Origin: an uncultured Thermoplasmata archaeon
GTDB taxonomy: Archaea; Thermoplasmatota; Thermoplasmata; RBG-16-68-12
Direction of reading: 5' to 3'
DNA length: 64,000 bases
Assembly (NCBI GenBank): GCA_963768855.1
Contig: CAVYJM010000011.1
Location: 352,001 to 416,000 of the forward strand
Shown piece by piece: positions 25,729-34,339 of the stretch. The notes beneath the pieces are model-generated. The model had not been told where the DNA came from and did not search any database. It saw only the letters and a program-made list of their open reading frames with translations. Made by a program: the position numbers and the translations under genes. Each line of letters starts with the position of its first letter. Within the stretch, counting starts at the first letter, position 1.

Positions 25729-27489
25729 TCATGCGCCGCCGGGCTTCACGGCCTTGAGCTGTCCGCGGTACATCTCGAGCAGCTCTTTCTGGGAGGTCGC
25801 GTCCTCGGGCTTCTTGTCGTCGCGCCACTTGCCGGTGAACCGGGGGAACCGGACGGCAAGGCCCGCGCCCTTGCGGACCGCATCGCGGGCGCACGTGTGG
25901 ACCGGGCTGACCGTGATCTCCGCACCCTTGACCTCGAGGACGAACCGCGGCTCGAACCAGACGTCGGGTGTGAGCGCGGAATCCACGCGGGCGTGCCGGT
26001 GCGGGACGACCGCGTCCTGGAATCGGTCCTTCAAGCCGAACAGGGTCTCGTCGTCGAAGCCCGTGCCGAGCTTGCAGGTCGTGCGGAACACGTCCGCCTG
26101 GTCATCGTAGGCGGCCATGAGCAACGCACCGTACGTGCCGGCGCGCTTCCCCCGCCCCGCGAACGCGCCGACCGCCACGAGATCGATCGTGTCGCTCAGC
26201 TCCGTGCTGTATTCCTTCTTGAACTTGATCCACTGAAAGCCGCGGGCGCCCGCGTCGTACGTCGAGGAGAGGGCCTTCGCCATGAGGCCCTCGCACCCCG
26301 CCTGGAGGGCCTCGTCGAAGAACGCCTCCGCGGCCTTGACGTCCGCGGTGACCTTGTACGTCGCGCGCCGCACGCGCTCGTTCTCCTTCAGGATCCCGTC
26401 CAGGGCCTTCCTCCGCTCGACATACGTACGAATCGTGAGGTCCTCTCCCTCCAGGAAGAGGCAGTCGAAGGTGAACAGGGTCACGGGGAACTCCTGCGAC
26501 ATCCGGTCCACGTCCGTCTTCCGTCCGCGACGGCGGCTGACCTCCTGGAACGGGAGGAACTCGCCCGTGTTTGCGTCGACGGGGACCGCCTCGCCCTCGA
26601 CGATCGCCTCTTTCGCGCGGATCGCGGTCCGCAGCCCTTCGACAATCTCGGGGAACTGCCCCGTGATGTTTTCGAGCTCCCGCGAGAAGAGCCGGATCTT
26701 GTCGTTCGAGATGTGCGCCTGGCACCGCAGGCCGTCGTACTTGTACTCGAGCGCGGGCTCCCCCATCCTCTCCATGATTTCCTGCAACGTGGGCAGCCGC
26801 TCCGCGAGCATGGAGCGGATTGGGCGGAAGAGCTGGAGATGGATTGCATCGGCGCCCGCGAGCCCGTTCTCGGCGAGGGCGCGGGCCACCTCGCCCAGGT
26901 CGGACGACACGTTGTACGCGCGCTCGACGCGGTCCCGCTCCTCCTTCGTCGCGAAGGTGGCCGCAAGGGCGTCCACGATCGTCATGTCCGCGACCCCGAG
27001 GCGCATCTTGCCCACGACGATCCGCACGAGGTAGCGCGCCTCCTTCGGTTCCGCGTCAGTCAGGAGCTCCGCGAGGAGCCGCAGCTTCTTCTCCTGCGAA
27101 CCGGATCCACCGGTGGTCGCGATCTCCTTCAGGTTCTCGTAGACCTTCGCGATGGTCAGCGGCTCGGAGGTGAGCGAGGTCTGCTTCTTCCCGCGGAGGC
27201 GCTCCTCTGCCACGAGCCCGAGATCGCCGGAGGCCTTCCAGGCCTTCTCGATGTCCTCGTCCCGGTCCCCGGTGGCCTGAGCGATTGCGCGGATCGCGAG
27301 CTTCTCCGCGACGCCGAGCTCGATCCCTGCGTAGCCCGGATAGACCCGGCCCTGCGTGAGGTAGACGACCGGTTCCAGATCGGGCTTGGGCACCTGCCTG
27401 AACAGGCTGACGAGGAGGTCGGTCATCTCGAGGCGCTTCGTCGTGGCCTCGAGCTTCTCGTACGCGTCGACCAGGGTCGCGTACTGCAT
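25729..27489 (-). CDS. lig: ATP-dependent DNA ligase (archaeal)
   Basis: EYKYDGLR (adenylation Lys), EGEAV, CEGLMAK, WIKFK, RFPRF, RDDK. Confidence 0.97.
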   Translation of the reverse strand: MQYATLVDAYEKLEATTKRLEMTDLLVSLFRQVPKPDLEPVVYLTQGRVYPGYAGIELGVAEKLAIRAIAQATGDRDEDIEKAWKASGDLGLVAEERLRGKKQTSLTSEPLTIAKVYENLKEIATTGGSGSQEKKLRLLAELLTDAEPKEARYLVRIVVGKMRLGVADMTIVDALAATFATKEERDRVERAYNVSSDLGEVARALAENGLAGADAIHLQLFRPIRSMLAERLPTLQEIMERMGEPALEYKYDGLRCQAHISNDKIRLFSRELENITGQFPEIVEGLRTAIRAKEAIVEGEAVPVDANTGEFLPFQEVSRRRGRKTDVDRMSQEFPVTLFTFDCLFLEGEDLTIRTYVERRKALDGILKENERVRRATYKVTADVKAAEAFFDEALQAGCEGLMAKALSSTYDAGARGFQWIKFKKEYSTELSDTIDLVAVGAFAGRGKRAGTYGALLMAAYDDQADVFRTTCKLGTGFDDETLFGLKDRFQDAVVPHRHARVDSALTPDVWFEPRFVLEVKGAEITVSPVHTCARDAVRKGAGLAVRFPRFTGKWRDDKKPEDATSQKELLEMYRGQLKAVKPGGA

Positions 27490-27532
27490 CGGCCGGGCTA
27501 GGCAGGACGACGGCTTAAGCGTGGCGGGAGGG

Positions 27533-28876
27533 TCACCGGGACTTCGCGACCACGGCGGCGACGATCTCCTCGCTCTTCCCGGTGTAGCGGTCCGGGCGCA
27601 TGGCCTCGTCGATCTCCTTGTCGGTGAGGTGGGCCTTGATCCGCTTGTCCGCCTTCAGCGCGTCCCGGAGGTGGCGGCCCTCCGCGCGGGCTCTCATCGC
27701 GACCTCCCGGACGAGGCGGTGCGCTTCCTGGCGGCCCAGCCCCTTGCGCGTCAAGGCGATCATCACGGACTCCGACATGACCTGCCCCTTCGTCGCCTCG
27801 AGGTTCTCCTTCATGCGCTCCGGGTACACGCGCAGGTCTCGGAAGATCTCGATGCTCCGGGCGAGCATCTCGTCAAGCAGGACGCAGGCGTGCGGGATCA
27901 GGATGCGTTCGGACGCGCTGTTCGTCAGGTCCCGCTCGTGCCACAGCGCGACGTTCTCGTACGCGGGGATGACGAAGGACCGGACGATTCGCGCGAGGGA
28001 GACCACGTTCTCCGCGTTGACCGGGTTCTCTTTCTGGGCCATCGTCGAGCTGCCGACCTGCTTGGTCGACTCGAACGCCTCCGCGGCCTCGCCGATTTCG
28101 TTCCGCTGGAGGTTCCGCACTTCGGTCGCGAACTTCTCCAGGGAGGACGCGACGTTCGCGAGGACCGCGATGAACTCTGCGTAGCGGTCGCGCCCGACCA
28201 CCTGGGTGGACGCCTCGTCCACGCCGACGCCAAGGTCCGCCATGACGGCCGACTGAATCTCGAGGGCCTTCGGGCCGAACGCCGCGCCCGTGCCCACCGC
28301 GCCGGACATCTTGCCGACGACCACGCGCTTCGTCATCTCGACGATCCGTTCGCGGTGGCGGTCCACCTCGGCGGTGTACACGGCCATCTTCAGTCCGAAG
28401 GTGATCGGGATCGCCGCCTGCCCGTGGGTCCGTCCGAGCATGACTGTGCCCTTGTGCTTCTTCGCGAGGTCCGCGAGGGCCTGCGCCAGGGTTGCGAGAT
28501 CGTCGTCCACAATCGCGATCGCGTCGCGTAGCTGCAACGCCGTCGCCGTGTCCGAGATGTCGTTGCTCGTCGCCCCGAAGTGGACGAACTTCCCCGCCTC
28601 AGGGCCGCTCGCCTCGGTCAGCGCGAGGACGACGGCCATGATGTCGTGGCGGGTCTCCTTCTCGAGCTCGGACACCCGGTCGACGGTCACGTCCTTCGTG
28701 GTCGCATGCTTCGTGATGCCCTTCGCCGCGGGGGCTGGGATCAGGCCCGCCTTCGCCTCGGCCCGGGCCAACGCCGCTTCCACGTCGAGGAGCCGCTGGA
28801 GTCGGGTCTCTTCCTCGAAGACGGCTTTCATCTTCGGGCGTCCGTAGCGGAAGTCGATCGGGCAGAGGAGCGACAT
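27533..28876 (-). CDS. purB: Adenylosuccinate lyase
   Basis: PIDFRYG, TRHDIMA, HFGATSND, GRTHGQ, GSSTMAQKENP. Confidence 0.96.
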   Translation of the reverse strand: MSLLCPIDFRYGRPKMKAVFEEETRLQRLLDVEAALARAEAKAGLIPAPAAKGITKHATTKDVTVDRVSELEKETRHDIMAVVLALTEASGPEAGKFVHFGATSNDISDTATALQLRDAIAIVDDDLATLAQALADLAKKHKGTVMLGRTHGQAAIPITFGLKMAVYTAEVDRHRERIVEMTKRVVVGKMSGAVGTGAAFGPKALEIQSAVMADLGVGVDEASTQVVGRDRYAEFIAVLANVASSLEKFATEVRNLQRNEIGEAAEAFESTKQVGSSTMAQKENPVNAENVVSLARIVRSFVIPAYENVALWHERDLTNSASERILIPHACVLLDEMLARSIEIFRDLRVYPERMKENLEATKGQVMSESVMIALTRKGLGRQEAHRLVREVAMRARAEGRHLRDALKADKRIKAHLTDKEIDEAMRPDRYTGKSEEIVAAVVAKSR

Positions 28877-28982
28877 GGCCTTCCCGCACGGGGAACCGCA
28901 CGGGCCGTTATGGAGCTTTCCTCCCGGCGGCTGCGAGGCCGGGGACCACCGGTCACCGCCCTGCCGGGACGGCGCGGCCCGT

Positions 28983-29654
28983 CTACGCGCGGCGGACGGG
29001 ACTGCCATGCCCAGGGAGGAGAACCGGCGCGTCGAGGGTCGTGAGCTTGCGGTACGAATCGAGCGCTGCCTCGCGGTCCTCCACGACGATCGGCGGCTCG
29101 GGCTTTCCCTGCCGGCCGTTCACCGCGTCCCCGGCGAACAGGATGCCAGCGGAGCGGGCGTAGAAGGTGCACGATCCGAGCGTGTGCCCGGGCGCATGAA
29201 TGACCTCGATGGGCCAGCCGAGGACGTCCAGGACCTCGCCGCCTTGGAGGATGCGGTCCGTCTCGAGGGGAGGCCCTCGCATGAACGGAGTGAAGACGCC
29301 CATCAGGGCGGCGACGACCATCATCGACGGCCGCGTGCCGTGCGTCCGTCGGCGCTCGCGACGGGCCGCGACCGGGGCGTCGAGCGCATGGAGGTCGACC
29401 TGGGCTCGGCTCTCGCGCTTCCACACCGCCGCCGTGCCGATGTGGTCGACGTGGTGGTGGGTGAGCAGGAGCATGGAGACGTCCTGCACCTCCTTGCCGA
29501 GCTCCCGGAGCCCGCGGCGGATCGGTTCTTCCGCACGGCGCGTCCCCGTGTCCACGAGGACGACCTTGCCGAGGTCGAGGAGGTAGAGGTTGACGAAGCG
29601 GTCCTCGAGACGGTACACCTGGTCCGCGATGCGCTGGAGGACGTCGGCGGCCAC
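28983..29654 (-). CDS. Metallo-beta-lactamase-fold hydrolase
   Basis: VDTG, THHHVDHIG, PGHTLGS, FAGD, PGHG. Confidence 0.9.
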   Translation of the reverse strand: MAADVLQRIADQVYRLEDRFVNLYLLDLGKVVLVDTGTRRAEEPIRRGLRELGKEVQDVSMLLLTHHHVDHIGTAAVWKRESRAQVDLHALDAPVAARRERRRTHGTRPSMMVVAALMGVFTPFMRGPPLETDRILQGGEVLDVLGWPIEVIHAPGHTLGSCTFYARSAGILFAGDAVNGRQGKPEPPIVVEDREAALDSYRKLTTLDAPVLLPGHGSPVRRA

Positions 29655-29697
29655 GGATCAGGGAGCCGTGCGTCGCGGATAAGCCTCGCGGTCTCGA

Positions 29698-31629
29698 TCA
29701 GGGACCCGCGACCTCGGTCGGCAGGAGGAGGGAGAACGAGGCGCCCCGCCCCGGCTCGGACGCCAGTTCGATCCGCCCGCCGTGGGCCTCGGCGACGGCC
29801 TTCACGAAGAGCAGTCCGAGCCCGACCCCTTCGCCGTGCGGCTTCGTCGTGAAGAACGGCTGGAAGATCCGGTCCCGGTCCTGCGGCGAGATCCCCTTCC
29901 CCGTGTCCCGCACCGTGACGCACGCCCACTCCCCCTCGCGCCGCAGGGACACCGTCACGGTCCCCTTGTCCGTCGCCTGGTACGCGTTCTTGATCAGGTT
30001 GCCGACCGCCTGGGAGATCTTCAGCGCGTCGACGGTCATCGGGAGCGGCGCGTCGCCGACGTCGAGGTCAAGCGCCACGGCCGGTTTCCGGTAGGCGGCC
30101 ACTTGCTCCGCGGCGGCCCGAAGCAGGGTCGCGAGGTCCGCCTCCTGCCGGCGGATCTCCGTGGACCGGGTGAAGGTCATGATTTCCTCGATGATGCGGG
30201 CCGCGAGGCGCCGCTGGGCGTCGATCCGGTCGAGGCGCTCCCTCGTCGCATCCTCCTGGGTCTGGCGCCGGATGCTCGCGGTCAGCAGGGAGATGTTCGT
30301 CAGGGGCGTATTCAGCTCGTGGGCCACGTACGACGCGGTGCGGCCGATCGACGCGAGGCGCTCCGTCTCGAGGAGGGCCCGTTGAGCCTCCCGAAGGCTC
30401 GTGACGTCCACGAGGGTCGTGAGGATCGTCGGCTCGTCGGCGAGGGTCATCGGCTCGACGAACACGAGCGCGGTCCACGTCCGGCCCGACCTCGTCCGGA
30501 ACCGTTCCTCGACGCCGCGAACGCTCTCGCCCCGTCGCACGGGCTCCAAGATCCGGTCGCGCTGCGCCGCGTCGGACCAGATTTCGAGTTCGGGCGACGG
30601 TCGTCCGAGGACCTCGTACGGGGCGTACTCGCAGGCGCGGAGGAAGCTCGCGTTCGCCTCGATCACCCTGCCGTCCGCGAGGCGCGTGACCGCAGCGGGC
30701 ACCGGGCTGTTGTGGAAAGCCTTCGCGAACCGCTCCTCGGCCTTCCTCCGCTCGCTCTCGAGCCGCTCCGACTCGAGGAACTGTCCCATCCGATCCCCCA
30801 GGTCGGCCATGAGCTCGAGGAGTTGGGGATCCGGCTCGCGGGTGCTCCGGCTGAAGAAGACCATCACGCCGAGGACCCGCGGTCCGCGCCCGGTGATCGG
30901 GAAGGAGAGTCCCTGCCGCAGGCCGAGGTCCGCGCCGGATTGGCCGCGGGCGAAGTGCGTCCGGGGTGTCAGCTCCTCGAGCCACTCGGGGCGTCCGGTC
31001 GCCCAGGTGGTCCCCGGGATCCCGACCCCGCGCGGGACGGCGACGGTCCGGCTCGCGGCCTCGAACTCGGCGGAAGGGAACCCCGGGACGTGCCAGGCCG
31101 CCTGCCACCGCAGGCTCGTGCCCTCGGCGGACGCGATCCACAGTTCCCCGTACTCCCAGCTCGCTTCCTCGCAGACCGCCTGGAGGAGGCGCGGGATTGC
31201 CTCCCGAGCCGGGGCCGAGTCGTTCAGGACCCGGGTCACCGCGAACTCGGTCCGGAGGCGGCGCTCGAGCCGCAGCCGCTCCGTGATGTCGTGGCACAGC
31301 ACGAGGCGCGCGCGGTGGTCGTCGAAGTCGATCTCGCTCGCCAGGACCTCGACGTCGATGATGCTCCCGTCGCGCTTGAGATGCCTCCAGATCCCGATCG
31401 TCGTGGTGCCGCTGTCGAGCCGCCTGACCTCGTCCATGAGCGCGGGGATGTCCTCGGGCGGCCGGATGTCCTTGATCGTCATCCGGAGGAACTCGTTCCT
31501 CGAGTAGCCGTAGTGGGTGACCGCCGCGTCGTTGACGGCGAGGAAGTAGAGGGACTTGACATCGAACACCCACATCGGGAGCGGGTTCTTCTCGAACAGC
31601 AGGCGGTACGACTCCCTGATGAAGTGCAT
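29698..31629 (-). CDS. Cytoplasmic sensor histidine kinase PAS-GAF-PAS-HisKA-HATPase
   Basis: Two PAS domains (AVNDAAVTHYGY; EANASFLRACEY), GAF, H-box VAHELNTPL, N-box NLIKNA, G1 DTGKG, F and G2 GVGLGL. Confidence 0.93.
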   Translation of the reverse strand: MHFIRESYRLLFEKNPLPMWVFDVKSLYFLAVNDAAVTHYGYSRNEFLRMTIKDIRPPEDIPALMDEVRRLDSGTTTIGIWRHLKRDGSIIDVEVLASEIDFDDHRARLVLCHDITERLRLERRLRTEFAVTRVLNDSAPAREAIPRLLQAVCEEASWEYGELWIASAEGTSLRWQAAWHVPGFPSAEFEAASRTVAVPRGVGIPGTTWATGRPEWLEELTPRTHFARGQSGADLGLRQGLSFPITGRGPRVLGVMVFFSRSTREPDPQLLELMADLGDRMGQFLESERLESERRKAEERFAKAFHNSPVPAAVTRLADGRVIEANASFLRACEYAPYEVLGRPSPELEIWSDAAQRDRILEPVRRGESVRGVEERFRTRSGRTWTALVFVEPMTLADEPTILTTLVDVTSLREAQRALLETERLASIGRTASYVAHELNTPLTNISLLTASIRRQTQEDATRERLDRIDAQRRLAARIIEEIMTFTRSTEIRRQEADLATLLRAAAEQVAAYRKPAVALDLDVGDAPLPMTVDALKISQAVGNLIKNAYQATDKGTVTVSLRREGEWACVTVRDTGKGISPQDRDRIFQPFFTTKPHGEGVGLGLLFVKAVAEAHGGRIELASEPGRGASFSLLLPTEVAGP

Positions 31630-31847
31630 CCGACCGTTCCGTGGGCTCTCGGCTTCCCGCCGTTGGCTCGGGAACTCATCGGATGGTATGGGCTCGTTGC
31701 CGGGCATTGGAAAGGGTCAGCCGACCGGCCGTGGCCGCATCGCGCCCGGGGATACCATCCCCCGCGCGCGTATTTCCCCTTTGTGCAGTCGGATAAGGCA
31801 AGCCTAAAGAGTCGGATGGGCTCGCCCCCCATCCCCGGGCCGGGGGA

Positions 31848-33137
31848 TCATGTCGCGCGGCCCTTGCCAATCGTCTCCTGGCCCCCCATGTAGGGGCGCA
31901 AGACCTTGGGCACGGTGACGCTGCCGTCCGCGTTCTGATCGTTCTCCAGGATGGCGACGAGTCCGCGCGAGGTCGCCATGGCCGTCGAGTTCAGGGTGTG
32001 CGGGACGAACTTCTCGCCGCCGACCTTCCCCGCGCGGATGTTCAGCCGCCGCGACTGGTAGTCCGTGCAGTTCGAGCAGGAGATGACCTCGCGGTACTTC
32101 CCCTGCCGTGGATACCACGCCTCGATGTCGTACTTCTTCGCCGCCACGCTGCCGATGTCCCCCGTGCAGACGTTCACCACGCGGTACGGGATCTCGAGCG
32201 CGCGGTAGATTGCCTCCCCGTTCGCGCGGATCTTCTCGTGCCACGACCAGCTCTCCTCGGGTCGGCAGAAGACGAACTGCTCGATTTTGTTGAACTGATG
32301 CATCCGGAAGAGTCCCTTCGTGTCGACGCCGTGCGCGCCGATCTCCCGCCGGAAGCACGCGCTGATCCCCGCGAAGGCCAGGGGCAGTTGCGCGTCGTCG
32401 ATGATCTCGTCCTTGTACAGCGCGCCGATCGGATGTTCCGACGTCGCGATCAGGAAGAGGTCCTCCCCCTCGACCTTGTACATGACCGTCTCGAAGTCGC
32501 CGAGGTCCGTGACGCCCTCGTAGGCGCCGCGGTGCATCATGTAGGGCGGGAAGACGGGCGTGAAGCCCTGCTGGACCATGTAGTCCAGGGAGAACGACAG
32601 GAGCGCTTGGTCGAGCCGCACGAGGTCGCCCATCATGTACACGAAGCCCGCGCCGGCGATCTTGCGCGCGCGCTCGAAGTCCGCGAGCTGGAGCGCCTCG
32701 AGGAGCTCGCCGTGCGGCTTGAGCTCGAAGTCGAACTTCCTGGGTGTGCCCCATTTCGCGACCTCGACGTTTTCGGAGTCGTCCTTGCCCACGGGGACGG
32801 ATTCGTGGAGGAGGTTCGGCAGGCGCATCAGGCCGTTGCGCACCTTCGCGTCGAGGTCCGCGGTCTTCGCGTCGAGGGCGTCGATCTTCTTTGGGAGCTC
32901 GGCGGCCTCCTTCTGGAGGGCCGCGGTGTCCTTCATCGCCTTCCGCGCCTCCGCGATCGCGCGGGTGATCTCGTTCCGCTTCTTCTTCAGGCCGTCCGCC
33001 TCCGACGACGCGGTCCGCCATTCTTTGTCCCAGCGGATGACCTCGTCGAGGAGGCGTTCTTTGTCCGCGGCCCCCCGCTTCTTCAGGTCGTCCCGGACCC
33101 GATCCGGATGCTCGCGGATGAGACGGATGTCCAGCAC
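31848..33137 (-). CDS. serS: Seryl-tRNA synthetase (canonical type)
   Basis: MLDIRLIR, LIATSEHP, FRREIG, RMHQFNKIE, SCSNCTDYQSRR, HTLNST. Confidence 0.97.
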   Translation of the reverse strand: MLDIRLIREHPDRVRDDLKKRGAADKERLLDEVIRWDKEWRTASSEADGLKKKRNEITRAIAEARKAMKDTAALQKEAAELPKKIDALDAKTADLDAKVRNGLMRLPNLLHESVPVGKDDSENVEVAKWGTPRKFDFELKPHGELLEALQLADFERARKIAGAGFVYMMGDLVRLDQALLSFSLDYMVQQGFTPVFPPYMMHRGAYEGVTDLGDFETVMYKVEGEDLFLIATSEHPIGALYKDEIIDDAQLPLAFAGISACFRREIGAHGVDTKGLFRMHQFNKIEQFVFCRPEESWSWHEKIRANGEAIYRALEIPYRVVNVCTGDIGSVAAKKYDIEAWYPRQGKYREVISCSNCTDYQSRRLNIRAGKVGGEKFVPHTLNSTAMATSRGLVAILENDQNADGSVTVPKVLRPYMGGQETIGKGRAT

Positions 33138-33326
33138 GGCGGAGCCGATGGGGTGGAGGCTATTAGTACGTTACCGGAAACGGCCCGGGAGAGCGGCGGC
33201 GCACCGAATGCGGAAGCATGCGGGCCGCGGGTCGTACAGGGCGGTCCCGCCCCTTGATTTCCCGCCTGATAACAACCGGGGACCTGTTAAATAACGCGCC
33301 ATCCAAGGGAGACCGATGGAGCCACC

Positions 33327-34055
33327 ATGGCGTTCCATCTGCGACCGTCCATCGTGAACGCCGCGTTCGTGATCCTGTTCGCGGTCATTGCCGGCCTTGC
33401 CTGGGCCACCGCCTCGGCGACCAGCGCGCCGTGGTACGACGCTTCGGTAGGGCTTCAGGTCTACGCTCTTGCGGCGGCTCTTGCGACGTTGCTCGCGACC
33501 GTCGTGGTCCTCACCACCTCGCGTCGCGTCTCGGACCTCGAATCTTCCCTGCGTCGCGTCGAACGGCGGGTCGGGATGCTCCGTGCGAAGGTCCGGAAGA
33601 ACCCGTCGAGTTTCGCGTCCGCCGCCAGATCCGTCTCCCTCCCTGAGCTGGACACGGTCGAGGCGCTCGACGGCCTGGCCGGTGCGGGCACGCCCTCCGT
33701 GATCCGGATCGAGCGGCAGGGTCACGACACCCTGGTCCCGGTGCCGGAGGGCGTCTCGTCGTCGAAGTCCTTCGCGGTCACGGAGGTCCTCCGTCAGCTG
33801 GTCCGGGAGCGGAACGCGCTGTGGCAAGCCCGCGCGCAGGTCTGGGCGGTGGCGGCGGGCCCGGTCATCACGTGCATCGTGTTCCTCGCGATCGCGGGCC
33901 CCATGCTCCCCGGGTCGGCCGGGTTCGCGGCCGCCCACTTCCAGATGAACACGGCGTTCATCCTCTTCCTCGCGTACGGCCTTCCACCCCTGGTCGCCTG
34001 GTCCCTCATCGCCCTGGGGATGCTCGGCGGATCGAGCCGTCGCTGGGTCCCCTAG
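33327..34055 (+). CDS. 4-TM membrane protein with cytoplasmic coiled-coil loop; paralog of 57388..58080
   Basis: Two N-terminal TMs, charged linker, AAGP..LP...Q.N C-terminal TM hairpin; TTAAATAA box upstream. Confidence 0.75.
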   Translation: MAFHLRPSIVNAAFVILFAVIAGLAWATASATSAPWYDASVGLQVYALAAALATLLATVVVLTTSRRVSDLESSLRRVERRVGMLRAKVRKNPSSFASAARSVSLPELDTVEALDGLAGAGTPSVIRIERQGHDTLVPVPEGVSSSKSFAVTEVLRQLVRERNALWQARAQVWAVAAGPVITCIVFLAIAGPMLPGSAGFAAAHFQMNTAFILFLAYGLPPLVAWSLIALGMLGGSSRRWVP

Positions 34056-34339
34056 AAGCAGGGACTCGTGGGTCTGCCTGCTGCGATTCAAGGCGGCATG
34101 GCCCCGCTCGACACGCTGCCCGCCCGGCGCCCAGGATGCTCGAAGACTACATAGGTACCGAGACGTTGCCGCAGTTGACCGCCGCGCGTCGGCGAACTGG
34201 GAAATCCAACCGGTTGGATGGGTATCTCGTGGCAGGTGCAACGGAGCGGACCGGGGACGCCGGACGGGACGCCGGCGTCATCTCAGCTCGGTGGAGGGCA
34301 GCGAACGCCTTGGGCGGGTCCTTGGTCTCCCTTGCCGCG

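Noticed and set aside
33821-34339. N-terminal extension of the 1043-aa ORF
   Set aside because: Overlaps the upstream membrane gene out of frame and reads as low-complexity junk
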